From contig NW_026889774.1 of assembly GCF_033153115.1 (NCBI RefSeq), positions 12,710,001-12,774,000 of the forward strand: a stretch of DNA of 64,000 bases, written 5' to 3'. The stretch's first letter is position 1. Each line of letters begins with the position of its first letter. Under the pieces are notes generated by a model. The model ran no database searches. It saw only the letters and a program-made list of their open reading frames with translations, and was not told the origin of the DNA. The position numbers and the translations under genes are program-made. Positions 24,822 to 40,124 of the stretch are shown piece after piece. Origin of the DNA: Saccostrea echinata. Lineage: Eukaryota.

Positions 24822-26761
24822 TATTATTGTATTTCATGTCCACATACGTGTTCCTTGTCTTTTGTACTGAACATTAGGGCATCAGCAATTTGTAACACAC
24901 ACACACACCCTCGCACACACACACACACACACACTCACCCCCACACTCACACCTCCATCTGCCATCCCTCATAATTTTTTAAATGGTGATTGTTCAGTTA
25001 TAAAGATTCACAGTAATTAAGTTACTATAAGAGATACTTATTTGGGTCATTCACATCACTGCTTTGTCTGATGTAAAACATGCTGTGCTTATTAATATAT
25101 TGTGCTATGGAATTTGGATGTTAAAATAGAATTACTTTTAATCAACTTACAGTAAAACAAGTTTACAGCAAAGTGCCAGGGACAAGAAATTTTGATTCAT
25201 CATAAATTTTATTCATTATATCTTTAAATTCACAATAGGTTTTAAAAAAAATAAGGGGAATGAACAGCACATCGCTATAAGCATGATTTGAATATAAGCA
25301 TGTTTGCTGTAATTATGTTTTACTGTACATTTTACTGTACTGTACTCTCTCAAAAATATAACATTATTTATTTTAGCTTTCATTTTGTATGAATTATTCA
25401 TGTGAAAGATGTTTCACATGGCTTATTTGAAATTTTGTTCATCAAAGTTTGTGAGAAAATGTGTATTGATGAAAAGCACTCTAAGAGTGGGCAATAGAGG
25501 AATTTTTTAAATGATTTTATTCATAAAGTTTATGACTGGGTAGTATGATATATATGTGGAAGAAAATGACACTGATGTTATAATTAATTTCAAAGTTTGT
25601 AAAAATTACCACCACAATATAATTTTCATTTTAACAGTACTTAAGATATCAAGTATCAACACTTTCATTTATTGTAACAAAGATTTTTTTTTAAAATAAA
25701 TATTACACTTAAAGCTGTTGTGGTCTTTTAAAAGTCCCTGTGACAATGACTGAGTCAGCCTCATGTTAAAGTTCTAACACACACTAACCAGATGAAGTAT
25801 AAATATAAAATCTGAAACTTTCCGCAATAAAACAATACAGGAAAGTCATTTGTACCGTTTTATTCCATAATTTATTTTTTTAAAAAAATCAACCAATTCA
25901 TCCAAAAGATTTACCTAAGATTCTAGTGATAATTAAATGATTCTTACCAATAACGAAAAACCGCGGAAAATCAAGGTTGATGTTAAAGGGTAATACTTTC
26001 CTGCCATAAGTAACACTCGTATTTGAATGTGCTAAATTTTGATTTCCAATATTAATGGGTTTTTTTTTTTCAAAGTATGAATAATAAACCAAAGGGAAAA
26101 AACATGTTCCCTGTAATTTATTAATGGAGTGCATGAAGACATTAATCCTAAAAAAAAAAAATATGTCCTCTCAAAACTATTTACCCTGATATAATAAAAA
26201 AAAATCTACGTAATAAATTCGCCAGAAAAGTGGAAGAGAGGTAGCATGTTCGTTTTAAGATATTTCGTTAAGCTGTCTTCGGATTTCATTGAAATATTTA
26301 TACATGTAGAAAAAGATGTGTTCTGGCATGCGTGGATCCAGACATTTTTTAGGGAAAAAAGGGGGCACCATACCTAAAAAAAAAAAAACTCATCTCAGAG
26401 TTTATTGACAAGCAAAAAAAAAAAGTAAATAACTTGTCCAAACCCGAAAAGTTGCTTTCCCTGAGATATATTAGTAATGACTCTCCTTACCACTTTAGCA
26501 GGGCAGGAGTCCATGTTTTCTAAGAGGGGGGGGGGGGGTCCATGGACCCTTTGCTAGATCCCCGCGTGGTTCAGGGGGTAGGAAACGTTTGATTTCATGG
26601 TAAAGCTTTTAAAATATGAAAAATAAATACCTCAAATAGCTTAATTAGAATTTTTATTATGCATTTTATTTATTAATCCAAGCAGACTATGCTTTTCGTC
26701 AGATCGGGGCTTTGATCGAAGTCCGTCGTTAAATGCACCAGTAAAATGCGAATAGACCTCT

Positions 26762-29150
26762 CTACACTTCATTACTAACACGCCGTCCTGTCCGGTGTAT
26801 ATGCGGGTCATTCACAGAGGACTTGTAAATATTGAAAATATCGTTATGGCTTTTGATACTCTTTATGGTTTCCTTTCTTTCCGGAAGAAACGTAGGAGAT
26901 ACCCTGGCAAACGGTAATGGTTTACCTTTCCTAGTGAACACCCCCAGGGGATGTAGTTGGTTTTTTAGTTCATTTACGTTCCCGTACTCGTCTCTGGGAT
27001 GAACAGCGTTTCTTCTCATATTTATTTTTGTATGTTTGTAATCTTTTTCAGTTGTTTTATCACAATTGTTGTTGGCTTGAAATCCGTTGTTGATTTTACG
27101 TTTTTGTTTTTTGACGTAACGCCACAAACAGCACGTCACTATGGTCGACAGAATAAGAAAGCTTCCAACAATCGGCAACACTATTGGCCAGGTCTCTGGA
27201 AAACTTACGTTGATTTGTATCTCCTACAAGTAATTATATACATGTATACGTTTTCAAAGGCCTCTAGAAATCAACAATTCAGATCTTGAAAATAACAACT
27301 TTGAATTCTCTCATCACAAAGTCGAATCATTTTTTTTTATCAGGGTACATTTCTGACAAAGGAGGGAATTGGCATATGGTCGTTTTTACAGGCCCATAGG
27401 AAACAATTTCAGTTTAAGGGGTAGAAGGGAGGCAATCAAACATCAGTTTAGTAGGGCTGGGACGATATATCGAGATATCGATAATATCGATTCAATGTGA
27501 GGATGATACGCATATCGATACGTATGAAGAAATATCGACATATCGCCCAAAAAAATCTGACTCATGTTTTTCTTTGTTTACTTAACATTTTGGGTTTAAT
27601 ATCTAAAATAAATATGCTTAATTTAAATATAAATATGAAATACACAATAATTAAGATCACTTGTGCAAAATAATTAAGTTTTACAACAGATATACAATTT
27701 CTTTGAATAATTTATTCTTATTTGCGAAGAAATGTTTTGTTCATTTCAATATAAAAAAGAAGTTATAACCAATTAAACATATCGTGATACATATCGTATC
27801 GTGGCTCAAATATCGGGATACGTATCGATATAGAAAAATTTGTATCGTCCCAGCCCTACAGTTTAGGCGGGCACTACCAAGCAAAAGTTCCTATACAAGC
27901 CAAAAAAGGGGGGTCATCAGACATAATAATTGGGGGGACACATCCATAAGGAAGCTTTGTTTTCTTAAGTGTAATATATATCGCCTCTATCGGCAAAATT
28001 ATTGCCCCCCCCCCCCCCCCGGTTCCTACCGCCATCTTTTATATTTTATCTATAATCTGAACAATGATATATTTATAGATTAACACTTACCGGAGTCTTT
28101 GGTGTGTGCATATGGTGACGGTTCTGTCTTTTCCTGATTTGTACGTATACGCTCGTCCCTTTTATTCCCAGCTCGGAAAGAACCAAGGCCTTCATGTCAC
28201 TTTGTCTTTCTATTCAATGGCTGGACTTGCAGATGGATGTATTCATTAATTATCAGAATTTATCCTGAATATCCATTATCATTATTATCACAGAGGCTTG
28301 GAAGATCAAAAGCCATGGATATGGTAGGCGCCGGACTTAAATCATCTTACAAAGAGATCCCAGTCGCTGGGACACGAGAGGCTATGACGTCATACTAATG
28401 TAGTTTGTATCACTCGGGAAATATCATTCTAACCTGTCCTTGGAAGACTTCTTAGTACGATTACATTCTACACAGACCTATATCTGGAGCGATTCACGTC
28501 CATGTACTAAAACAACAAAGCTTCTCTAGTCATAGTGATGTCGTGAGTGTCAGGCAGGTTCGTCTCATCTCACCCTCCCTCGATTTCTTATTACATTTGG
28601 TGCCTTTGATCACCCCTGAACATGCAGGTGAAAGTATTGCCAGTGGCAAAAAAATCCAGTTTGTTTTCGGGGACAAAACAGTTTAAGGAAGGAGGAATGT
28701 AGCGGTCAGGAAAGTCCGCCAGTTGCCATATAGCTCACTTTGTAGAGTTCAGGGGGCGGGTTCGAACCCTGGTTTTGTTCGTTGCATCTTCTCCCATCCT
28801 AGAGAGAGAGAGGAAGGGGAGCTTTATTTTTTTTCAACAAGGCTTAATTTCTGATGTGCCAAATATATGTTATTTTACGTATATTATACATATTTATTGG
28901 CAATTATTCTGATAAGTTGTAGGTGTACGTCTGTGTCGTTGTGTGTATGATTCAAATACAGCTTTACCAGATAGACCAGAGACTGTTCTGTTGTTAATGA
29001 ACCGATTAATGTAAGCAAAGGGCAAGGGTGCCGATGAGCAGAAAAGTGATATTCCCCAAAAGGAATATGCAAAAATGTTTTAGATTTCCTGCAGACTCTG
29101 CCAACTCTAACACCTGTTACCGGCCCCTGTACACTGAACCATCTGCGCTC
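26762..29150 (-). pseudogene. Single-pass membrane-protein gene: intact last exon, upstream exons apparently disabled
   Basis: Last exon 26762-27195 (acceptor TTTCCAG) encodes TWPIVLPIVGSFLILSTIVTCCLW (TM), RYVKKQKRK stop-transfer and a ~110-aa tail. A GTAAGT donor sits at 28090, but the matching frame upstream has stops at ~28198 and ~28261. Another exon-like open segment at ~28966-29151. Confidence 0.4.
27452..27858. mobile_element. hAT-type MITE, 407 bp, with 8-bp TSD
   Basis: TIRs TAGGGCTGGGACGATA...TATCGTCCCAGCCCTA; direct repeat CAGTTTAG at 27444-27451 and 27859-27866; GATA/ATCG-rich subterminal repeats. Confidence 0.92.
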
Positions 29151-32100
29151 CTGTATGAATAAGAAACCTTTTGTTTATTTTGAAATGTATCTACAACATC
29201 CATGGTTAACCCAAAATAAGATAAAAGTAGTATGCAAAACACGATTAACTAATGACGACAAAGGGTTAAGAAGAAATACATGTATATTGATTTCCAATAT
29301 TCTAAACTTTACATAGCAAACAAATCTATTTCAAGCAAACATCTTCTACACATTTTTCGAGAAAATTAAGAATTTAATGAGTTTCGAGGGTTTCAATAGT
29401 GGGATAATCATGAAGAGGCAGAAAAGTAAAACTTACTGTAGGATGTTCCAGTATGTGCAAGATGAAAAATACTATTATATTATTATGTGTTTTAGTATCT
29501 GTTCTTGTTCAGAACAGGAACTATAGATTTTTCTTGCAATGTACAAATTGGTATCTTTGACTTCATGAAATTACATTCATGTATTTATATGGTTGATTCT
29601 GAATAAAAAGGTCCTCCCCATTTTTATTCAAGTGTCAGAAATTTCCGACTTAAGTTAATAACAAATCTTATTGCAAATACAATAATTTAAGCTAGATCGT
29701 GATTTTACTATCTTATTATTTCATATTACACATGATTATATTGACTTTAATGTTTCTAGTCAGTTTTCACTCGGACTCTCCTCTGAATACAGTCTGTAAA
29801 GCGCTGTCTTGTTGAAGCTTGTTATAAAGAAGTCAAGTACTCATATAGAAGAGTTTGTACATCAGAGTGACCACGTGCCAGTTCTTGTTAAGTGTTTGTC
29901 TCTTCTAGTGACCACGTATTCTGAATGGTTGACAGCCGCACAGCTTTGTGATCCCATATTCATTATTATTCAGATTTGAAGAAACCAAATGACCAAGTGT
30001 CCCATCGCTTTGAAGATCCAACACATTCTTTATAAGTCTGCCGATCCAAACATTGCGAAGTTACTATTAAGGCTGAACACGACTCGTAAAAAGCCATACT
30101 ACATATTAGTTTTCCTATCTCCAATTTCAGCACTGGGGTATACCATATGCAGTTGTTTCACCTGATTGATTTCTGTTTACCTGCATGGAATGGACGACAC
30201 TAGCTTACATTGCCCTTGTTTACATTTTATTGCATTAAAACGTGTATTTGTGTTTTGTATCTGAACTGCACTGACCTATCATCATTATTTGGTTTCCTTT
30301 TCTCCTGTCGTGCACGCAAGTAGTTATTTTTGTTTCGACCGGGTATTTTACATGTACAGTAGCAATGTAAGATACGTCCACACAAGTAAAACATGAACGG
30401 ATACAGAGGCCTTATAAATAATGATGATTGAAGAGAAATATGGCGGACAGCGATAAATTCTTTTCCTTTTACAAATCGTGTTCAGCTTTAATATTTCCCA
30501 ACAACTTTATTCTTGTTCAGAGTTTGGCACTCCGAGGACCTCTTAGAGTAAAACTTTAATATAAACTATTTCCTGTTACTATTCTTCATATTTATGTTTG
30601 AATGAACATAGAAACATTTGGACAGTGAATACGATGATTATTAGACTCAGCTAATAATCACGACACATTTACCTCGAACTCCCTCTGCTTCTGTTTATAG
30701 TGACAAGAAAGACCTTGTGCTATATTTACATGTATACAATGATAATGAATTAAAACAATCTATATCAATTAATGAACAAGCTCTCCGGGTGTCAGCTTCA
30801 GATAATGGTTTGGGTATGGATTTTACTCTTTCCTTTAAAAAAATTATTTTTCAAATCAATTTTAATATGCATAAAATGTCTTATTTTTTTTTAAATTAAT
30901 TAATTAATTAATTTATATTTATTTATTAATTATTATTATATTTTTTTTTTCAAAATTAATGTTGTATTTATAGTAAAAGATACTTATAATGATGATGACC
31001 ATTTCAGTTTTGGGGCATATTCTTCTTTGCGTGAAAACGTCTATGCATCGATTTGAAGATTTGAGTATATATACACACAATTCAAAAAAAATCTTTCAAA
31101 AAGAAAATTATAGTCAAAAGTTCGAATACTTTTCCAAAACTGAATGTTTTTAAAATCAGACAATAAAACATTGGAATAAAATGACCTCGCAGTTAAGCCC
31201 CAATTAAGATAACCGCCCAACTTTACGCAATGACAAATTAAACACAGAATTTCCAATAAAGCAAAATTTGTCAGCCACAATCCGGACTTTCACCTTCTAA
31301 ATCATTTTCGTGATTCTACGAACGTACATATCTGAAGATATATCTCCAACCAAACATGGACAAATCCCTTAGCTTGACGTTTATCTTCCTGTATTGAATA
31401 ATATAAACCGATATCACTTTTAAAGGTTTATGCCAGAATTCGATACCGCAACTCGCCATGCAATTAAACATTGGAACTGCGGTGTGGTCACAACCAAATC
31501 TCCCCCTAAGAGAGGTGAAAGGTACTGGACGAATGACAACAAGTTTTTCGGTTTAACAGCATCCGAAATTCTTTTCTGTATTTTGTGGATTGCGGATTGT
31601 TGTAGCAGATTTTCATAAAACCATTTTGGCAACCAATAAATTACAGGATCGATATTGGAGGAACAGAAATTACTAGGTAAGGAAAAAGTAAAGTCTAAGA
31701 GTTTAAATTGTGTACATCAATTATTTGGCAAATGCCTTGTAACTAATATAGTCTGAAAATCTTTCTATTTTGCACACGGTATTCATTTTGTAGGATTAGA
31801 TATAATTATTAGAGTTTCCAATTAAGCAAACAAAACTCCAAGACGGTATTTTTGCTTTTTTGCCAACCGTAATAGAATTATACTAAAAACAATCGTATCA
31901 ATGAAAAACGATACTTTCCTTATACACTCTGTATAAAAGGAAAATATCTGCACCATTTAACGCATTAAGTGAGTTAATACCTGTGCAGTAGCAATATTTT
32001 CCTTGTTAAAGATCTTATTAATAGCTGTAACTCCTTAGAAATCGGCCACTTTTACGGGCTGTTGTTGATTCAGCTAAAACATAGAACTTTGACGGAATGA

Positions 32101-35100
32101 ATTTCTAATTCCATTTATATTCTTCCATACCAGCTAAATGTAGTTAAGTGTGGAATTACCGTATCACAGTTTGTCAAATATCCAGTACAAAACACTGAGG
32201 AATTCATGAAATAATCTACAGATATTGCCAGGAAACTAAATCCATTGTGTGGGAATCTAGACTTTTTAATCATGAATGTGGATTATCGTTTAAAAGATCA
32301 TTGCATGGATTTTCAATGGGAATTGAACGGTTTCCTTCTTCCAAAATTAAAAAAAAATCTAGAGTTGATCCACAGTATATTTGAAACCCTGATTTATGTA
32401 ACATGTATACTAATTATTTAATTCCTTAACCGTCCTATTTGACAAAGCGTATTGCAGTGAAGTTCAATAACCTACATGTAGTTAAATAATTTCACTCAAA
32501 TCAATTGCCAGGAAAGACATTTTGCACCTCAAACGTAAATAATATAGCACATGATATAGCGCCTCACTTCAAATCGTCTGAAGCATTCTTAAAGTAAATA
32601 GATATATTTGACAAATTGTGCAAAAACATGCTATTAAAATAATATATTAGAATAACTGAGAATATATTCTGAATTAAAGTACGTGCTCAACCCTTAAGAT
32701 AAAAATACTACTTTTTTCAAAAATGTTTAACATATCGCTGCCTCTATACATTTCCACTGAAAGATCTCAAATTAACCCCACGTGGTCCAAAAAGTGGGTC
32801 TGTTAATAAGACACTTAGAAAATGTTGTACATGCTTTAAAAGACTTTCTAAAATATAGTCCATAGTTCTTTGTCCGCTAATTTTCCTACTCGGAGTTAAA
32901 GAACTAGGGACGATAAACACGGAGAGCGATTTGAAGTTAATCCCTTACTAAGTAGCCATTGAAAGATCAATTGGGACCAGTGATTTGTATGAGCATCGAT
33001 CAATCCCAGCCGTTTTGTACCTGTTACTTTCTATAATTACCTCCATGCTTAGGCATTGTTGAAATTGCAATTCCATCCATTTGCTCATCAACTGTTCAAA
33101 TTATCCGTTTTCTAATGACGCCAATATTTTTTCGATTACTTCTTTTCTTTTCCTCACTCGCTGCGCACCGAGTGACGTCTCTGTCAAGTGCAGCTCTTGT
33201 TCAGGGATTAACAGCAATCGTTACACTTGTTGTCTGGTCAACTTCTATGTTCATACTGAGAAAAGGAAATCAAAGATAAAGAGATGGAGTTGATGGGTTG
33301 ATCGGGGCAACCGTAGCAACGGTTTTAAAGGGGGGTAACCTCCCAACAAAATCTAACAAGCAAACAAAAAAAAAAGAAGACGTAAACTGTCTCTAAAATC
33401 CTATTTCGTTGTGGGGAGGGGGAGTGGGGGTTGAACTTTCCTCTAACTTTTTGGTACATTTTTTTTAAATCAAATATACTGGAATTTTCCAGTGTTCGAC
33501 ATCAACAAAAAGTGTGGGAAGGGAGGGGGGGGGGGGGCAACAAGAATCTACATGAAAATTTACATATTAAATCTTTAGCAATAGACTATACTCAGAAGAA
33601 AAAGTGCCCCCCCCCCATTCCGTTCTACGAGTCTGCGATGTTTCACGCAGATAACCCAAATAACAGATCAGTTTATTTAATTTTAGAAAATTCTGCCACT
33701 TTTCATTACACAGGTGGACTTGAATTAAAGAAAATGATTTTCACATACGCGTACAGATATAAGGAAATTATGTTTTTCATACATGTTAAAAATATATAAT
33801 ATTCTGTCATATTTTATTGTCCTACTAATTTTGATCTTCACTGCGATTGGCTTCATATGATTGTCTTAATATTGGGACCAAGGATAATTTTTTTACCTCA
33901 TAATTCACTTGTTTATTTAATTTAGATGTTTTGACCATTACTTACATGTATATACTTATACTATACTTTTTCAAATGTTAATCTAAATGCGTTTTTCATG
34001 TTTAAATGAACCAAATACCGGTTTGTTGTTTCTGTAGTTTACATGGGTTAAGAAAGGTTATAAGGGTCGGCGAAATATTCCTCTATATCACAGCACCACC
34101 ACTTCAACTGTTGACGGAATAGCGCAGACTGACACGCCTTAATTTTCACTATACTTCAATCTATTCAAACCTTTAAAAAGTTGGACCAGAGTGCAATGCA
34201 TATTCCTCGACTTCGTACACACAATACTTATGTAATAATGACACGTTTTTCCCTTTTCATCAATTTACTCTGAGAGTATTTAAGTCCCTAACACCTGCAT
34301 ATACTTCGTTTTTCTCAATATTGTTCGCCGAGAGTTTCAATTTGTCAATATCGATTCCTTAAATTTTCAAGGTCGATATATAAATATATATAAGTAAAAT
34401 CCCATACAAGCAAGTTTGAATAGGTAAACTCTCCGACGTGAATAAAAAAAACCTGGAAAGCTCGGCATTAATGTAATTTAGTAGCAACCCTTGTCCTTTA
34501 AATGTTCACGATAATTTAATGCGCGAATGATTTCAATATTAAAATAATCAGTAGCGCAGTAAACGCCACAAGGGTAGCATCTTGCAAGAACTCTAAACAT
34601 TTAAAGTGATTTTTTTTAAAACAACAATTCAGGTAAGAGCTTTTATTATTCCATTACTAAATAATTTTAAAAAAAAACATTGTTACATTTCGGTTTGACT
34701 ATGTTTTAAAATTTCACAGTAAAAATCAAATTCCAATATAATCATTGAATTTACGAGGAAAATATCTTTTCCTGGCAATTTTAATAACTGAAACAAATGA
34801 ATTAGTTTTTTCTTTCTCCAATCCCGGTCATTCTCCCACATCAAAATCAATGCCTTAATTGTTACAGACTTAAAAATTCTCAACAATGAATATTGAATGC
34901 GAAAACATTAATAATTTCTTTCCATTACATCAATATATCGACATCATGTTCAAGGTACATTTAAACATCTTCGCGTAGTTTTAAAAGATACAAAACATAT
35001 TTTTACTCCGTATTAAAATCTCTAATGATCGGACATCATGTAAGATGTAAGTTTCAGATTTTAATTAGTGCTGCTTTTTGTTTAACTGCTGTAGCTTTAC

Positions 35101-35894
35101 TATTGGTTTGTCGTAGCTGACGCCGAGAGTCAGACGTTGACGCAGGAATTGTCCCACTTATGGTAGCTTATCAAGACGTCGATCTTTCGATCCAGTGTGA
35201 ATTGTAAGGTGTCGGTCTTTCGATCCGGTACGAATTAGTACTGAGTAACATAGGTCAGTTGTGTCGGCTGGAATTCTTCAGCCAAAGTGTGACAAGACAC
35301 GGTGTGACATCAGGTTTTGACGAAAAAAGAAATCGTGATTTCAGCAGAGTTTTCATTAATTTGGTAGTAAATTGGGAATACATGGAACTATAAAACATTC
35401 ATATTTCTTGTCATTCAAATTGATTTTAGGCATACTCCGTTTTTTTATCCTTATTTTTTATTAATTACTTGGGCTTGCTTCTAAATCGTATAATGATTCA
35501 AATATTTTTGACTCGCTTGGTATTAAAGAACTGTCAAACGTATCTGTTTCTCTGATTTTTATTTCCCGTAAATCAATAACTATTACCCGGAAGAGCGGAA
35601 CATCCTTGCAGTGTCAATGTTAAGTATTAATGTGTTGTCGTCACACTAATAAAACTGATTGCATGGAATATTAAGAAGGATACGGAAAATAGTGTCACGT
35701 TTAAAGAATGATCCAGGGAAATAATGTCGCGTTGTTAAGGCACTGACTTATTCTATTTATAGGAGGCAGGGTGAGACAGGATAGAGGCGATGTTGGAACT
35801 TAATGAGGAAGATTCCTGGAATTATCGCGGATGATCCTATCATCGTTCGATTTACAATGTTCAATGAATGGTAAATGATTAACTCCAAGAAAAA

Positions 35895-38800
35895 ATGCCG
35901 ACACTTTCTCGGAACAAGAAACGAAACAATCGTCCGCCTCCGACAAGAGAGGCCGAGTACAAAATTATGATTGATGTTGTGAATGATGTTTGTCTTGAAA
36001 TTCGAAAATTTGCCAAAAAATACTTGAATGCAGTAGAAGTGAATTACGAGAGCTGTGCAGCTTGCTTGGACGAGCTTCTAATAAGCTGGAAAATGACCGC
36101 TGCTCAGTTCTCTACATCCAAAGAATTCTGGGAAAAACATAAAATAAAACAAGTGGAGGAAGGTATTAGAAAGAAACAAGATTACAAAAATTTAGTGTTT
36201 ATTTGTGAAAGAGCGAGGACTTTCGAACGATTGATTCCAAATATTCGAGAAAATCTTGTGGAATGTGCAAGAGACCATCTGTACAAATATTGTCGGAGTT
36301 TTATAGAAGAAACCTACGACGAAGTAGAAATTCGACCTATAACCGAATACGAGGAATGGATAGTTGCAAGCAAAAAAGATATTGACCAAAAAATTGCTTC
36401 TTTGAATAACAATATATTAAAATACGGTGAAATGAAGTCACCATTTTATGACTTTATATCCAAAGGCAACATTCACGCAGCTTTAATGGAAGAAATATGT
36501 GTTCTGAATATTGAAATCGCTCATGCCATAAAGAAATGGATCGCAGACGATGCGTCCTACCCAGATCGTTTGCTACAAGAGATCTTTTTCAATAACTCAT
36601 ACAAGGAAAGTCTAGTCGAAAACATCCGGAAGTTGGAAGAGGACAAACAAGTTGCATCGAAAAACTTAGATAAGAAACAGAAACTTAATTATTCAGTGAT
36701 GAGAGACCATGCATACCATAAGAAAGAAAAACACAAACTTAAAAACAGCCTAGAGACTGTGAACCTAAAACTTGAGAGACTGGAAAAACAAATTGAAAAC
36801 AAAAATATAGAAATCAATGATTTGAAAGAAGCTGTGGCGGACAAGACACCAATGGCTCCGAGGGATCGCCAGGAATTACGGCGGTCCTTGGAAAAAGCGG
36901 AGGCGGATCTAGATCGTCTGGAGGAGCGGAAAAGTGTGATGGAAAGACAACATGGGCGATTAGACAGGGAACTCAAAAAAGTTTCAGATAGAACTTACGA
37001 ACTTAAGGTGGAAATTGTAACCAAACGACACGAACAGGAAGAGATAAAACAGGGAATTCTGGGTACTGAGATAGAAATGAAATCTATCTTAGACCGTCTG
37101 AATAGCATTGATGAAAAACAAGAAATTCTAAAAAGAGTGAGAGAACTGAAATTATCTCCCGATACACTGAGAAGGATTAACACCAAAAAACAGGAAATTA
37201 CCACAAAAGGTAGTTATTTACACGAGAATAAAAAAAATGTCATAGATTTCTTAATTTCTTGATAGAGCTACATCTACATTTTATTTTACTTGTTTTATCC
37301 TTTCATGTGATATTTGTTCTAGAAGAAACACAACTATTACGTTGTAAAGAAGTTGGATATTTTTTTTAGCAATGACATAGATGTCTTTAAAGAAGCAAAA
37401 ATTCTTTTAAGAATATATAATGATAAATAAATAAATAAAAAATAATAAACGAAATAAAAATACAATAATATTATTTATCCAAATTATTTAAGCTAGAAGA
37501 CAGAAAGGTAAACTACTATAAACCTTTTGGTATCCTCTCTTGATTGATAGAAGTTTCTTTGTATAATATTAATTAGTTACTTCAGTTAAGATTATTTTAT
37601 ATCAGAGTTCATCTGCATGATACAGATTCTCCTAACTTTGCCGACAGTTTATATTTATTATTTAAACATTTAGAAGAGCTTTATTTTGAATTGTAAGTGG
37701 CTGTTTTAGAAAAAGGTTTGAAGCATTCTTGGAAGTAAATTCTTCCATCAAAAAGATTTTTTAAAAGAAAAATTCAGCGGGAACTGGTTCTTGTACCTAA
37801 ATTCTGGACCAGCTAGTGGCGTATTTTTGCTTATGATTATTTTAAGGAGAATTCTGATCCGATTAAATGGATGATGAATGGTTTAACATAGTGACCTGTA
37901 TTATTAAAGTATACCTTTAAATGTTTCAATAAAAACCACCAAGCTTTATATAGGGGCCCTCGACCTTCAGCAGAAACGGAGATCTAATTTTTAATATTTA
38001 ATTTAGATCCGACTTGCAAACTGAATTCGACAAGTCAAAACTTCTCTGTTTATTTTACGAAGAAATGACATATTTGCTAAAGACTTTGTCCTCACGTTCA
38101 CTACCCATACACATGCTATTTATTTTGTACATTCTAAACAAAAATTATTCAATATTCCCATTCAGAAAAAAAAATGGCATATCGGCAAAAGACGCATGTC
38201 CTCCGACTCGTCTAGGAATAAAACTTCGGACTACTTGCTTAAAGTGACTGCTCTTTAAAAAAAAAAAAAACATGTAGAAAGGGACAATCTTTCATACTCA
38301 AGTGCACTCAAAATGACATATCGATCCAATTTAACTTTTGTCACATGCCCTGCAAAACACTAAGGCACTAGTCCTTAAGCTGTGCTAATGACATTGTCAA
38401 TACACAGCACGGTCCAATTCGGGCCATGTAAACAGCCCCAATCAAGTGTAAGCAATTTGTTTTCCTATAAAATATGGATAGAAACACTAACAAATGAAAA
38501 TTTCAGCCGCGTTCAGTATCAGTCACCGGGGGGTAAAGTCCTCCGGACAACAAAGATACTTCAACTATACGAACCGCCGCATGAAATGACCAAGAGAGAC
38601 ACTGAAGGCATTTAATTTATATAAATATTTACAGGAAATTATTTAACTTTAATGTGTTTCACTCAGTAAAAATGCTCTGCTATTCCTTGCTACCCCTTAA
38701 TTATCAGTTCTTTTACTCGCCTTGTGCTAGAATGCTTCCATATATATCTGATATGCAAAATAATGGTGAAAACAAAAATTAGTTTCCAATAACGAACATC

Positions 38801-40124
38801 TAAGAGAAAGCCTATGATATATTAGCACCGGAATGCTTCTTGCCTTTTATTTTGCTATCTATTATCTTTGTAGAGAAGTCGCCATCACCTGTGGTGCATG
38901 CACAGTTAGGTACTAGGTCATTCTCTGCTTTTATGTAAATGGAATTAACTAGCACTTATCATTGAGCTTTCGTTTATATATAATGCTAGTTTTTAACAAT
39001 TTCGCTACTCAATTGTCTTTTGATGGTCTTTAATTTGTGTGCTGTTGAATTTCTACCATGAATTATTATCGATTACGGCAAACTAACAAATATTCGCTTA
39101 AAGTTAAAATCAAAGAAAATTCAAGCATTGAAGTTTTGATTTTCTAATCGGTTTCAAAGAAATAACGAAGTTATTAGAGATATTTCACAGTTGCTAGTTT
39201 AATCAGACTCGGCATACATGTATGTCAAGAGAATAAAAGCTTAAACTAACAATGGTGTCGTCATCCATTAATCATGTAATGACAGTGCAAAATCAGACTT
39301 CTGGTCTTTTATCCATTGATTCACGTTAAGATTTTGTAAAGTTATGCATTATGAATGAATACAAATCTACCTCTGTCCTTTTATAACCCTTTTTTCAACA
39401 GCAGTCTTTTAAAAGTACAAAAATGAATAGCAACTTAAGATGATATCTCAGTCATATCTATCATCATAAGATTCCACCGGGGGGTCAACAGAGTAGAGGG
39501 GGGCTATCACCCATAGCTTTACATCCAGCAGTCAAATACGTGCTGATTTTCTCGATAATGACTGACATTTCAAAATTGATATTCATTGATTCCATTGACA
39601 ATATGGAACTGAAAAAGATTCATCTTTTGACACTGTGATCTCGTGAACATATCTTTTTGAATACTTTTATAAAATCAATCTCTCGGCGGAATTGACTTGT
39701 TAACATAATTTTAATCGCTGTTCAAACGTTTTCTGCAATCGATTTGCTTCAATAAATTATTTCAGACTACTCTTTTTGAATCTGTGTGCTAAAATGTCGT
39801 TTATTTCTAGTTCAAATGGACGACGCCTGTCGATATGTTGCCTTTCATATTGGACGAGATTGGAAGAAGCTCTACGATCGTCTGCCATTCCAGCCCCCAC
39901 GTGACCCCGACAGACGACAGAAGGATGTGGAAGTTATCGACACCATTTCAGCCCGCCAGGACAGAACTCCTGAAGAATCGGCACTTCGTTCTCTGGAAAA
40001 GTGGCGCTCTTTTAACAGACATGGCGACATTGTTCAGCTTATCAAGGGGCTTCGGAAGCTAAATAAAGTTGAGCTAGCACAAAAACTGGAAAGCAAATTC
40101 ACTGTAGAAAATGTTTATGGATAA
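35895..40124 (+). CDS. Long coiled-coil protein with C-terminal death domain
   Basis: Exon 35895-37209 (438 codons, heptad-rich E/K/L), candidate 36-nt phase-1/1 exon 38874-38909, last exon 39811-40124 (VAFHIGRDWKKLYDRL...ALRSLEKWR...LIKGLRKLNKVELAQKLE, death-domain pattern). Probable 5'UTR intron 34633-35762. Confidence 0.82.

Noticed and set aside
38507-38532. Second candidate micro-exon in the death-domain gene
   Set aside because: Entry phase 1 and exit phase 0 would shift the frame of the death-domain exon.
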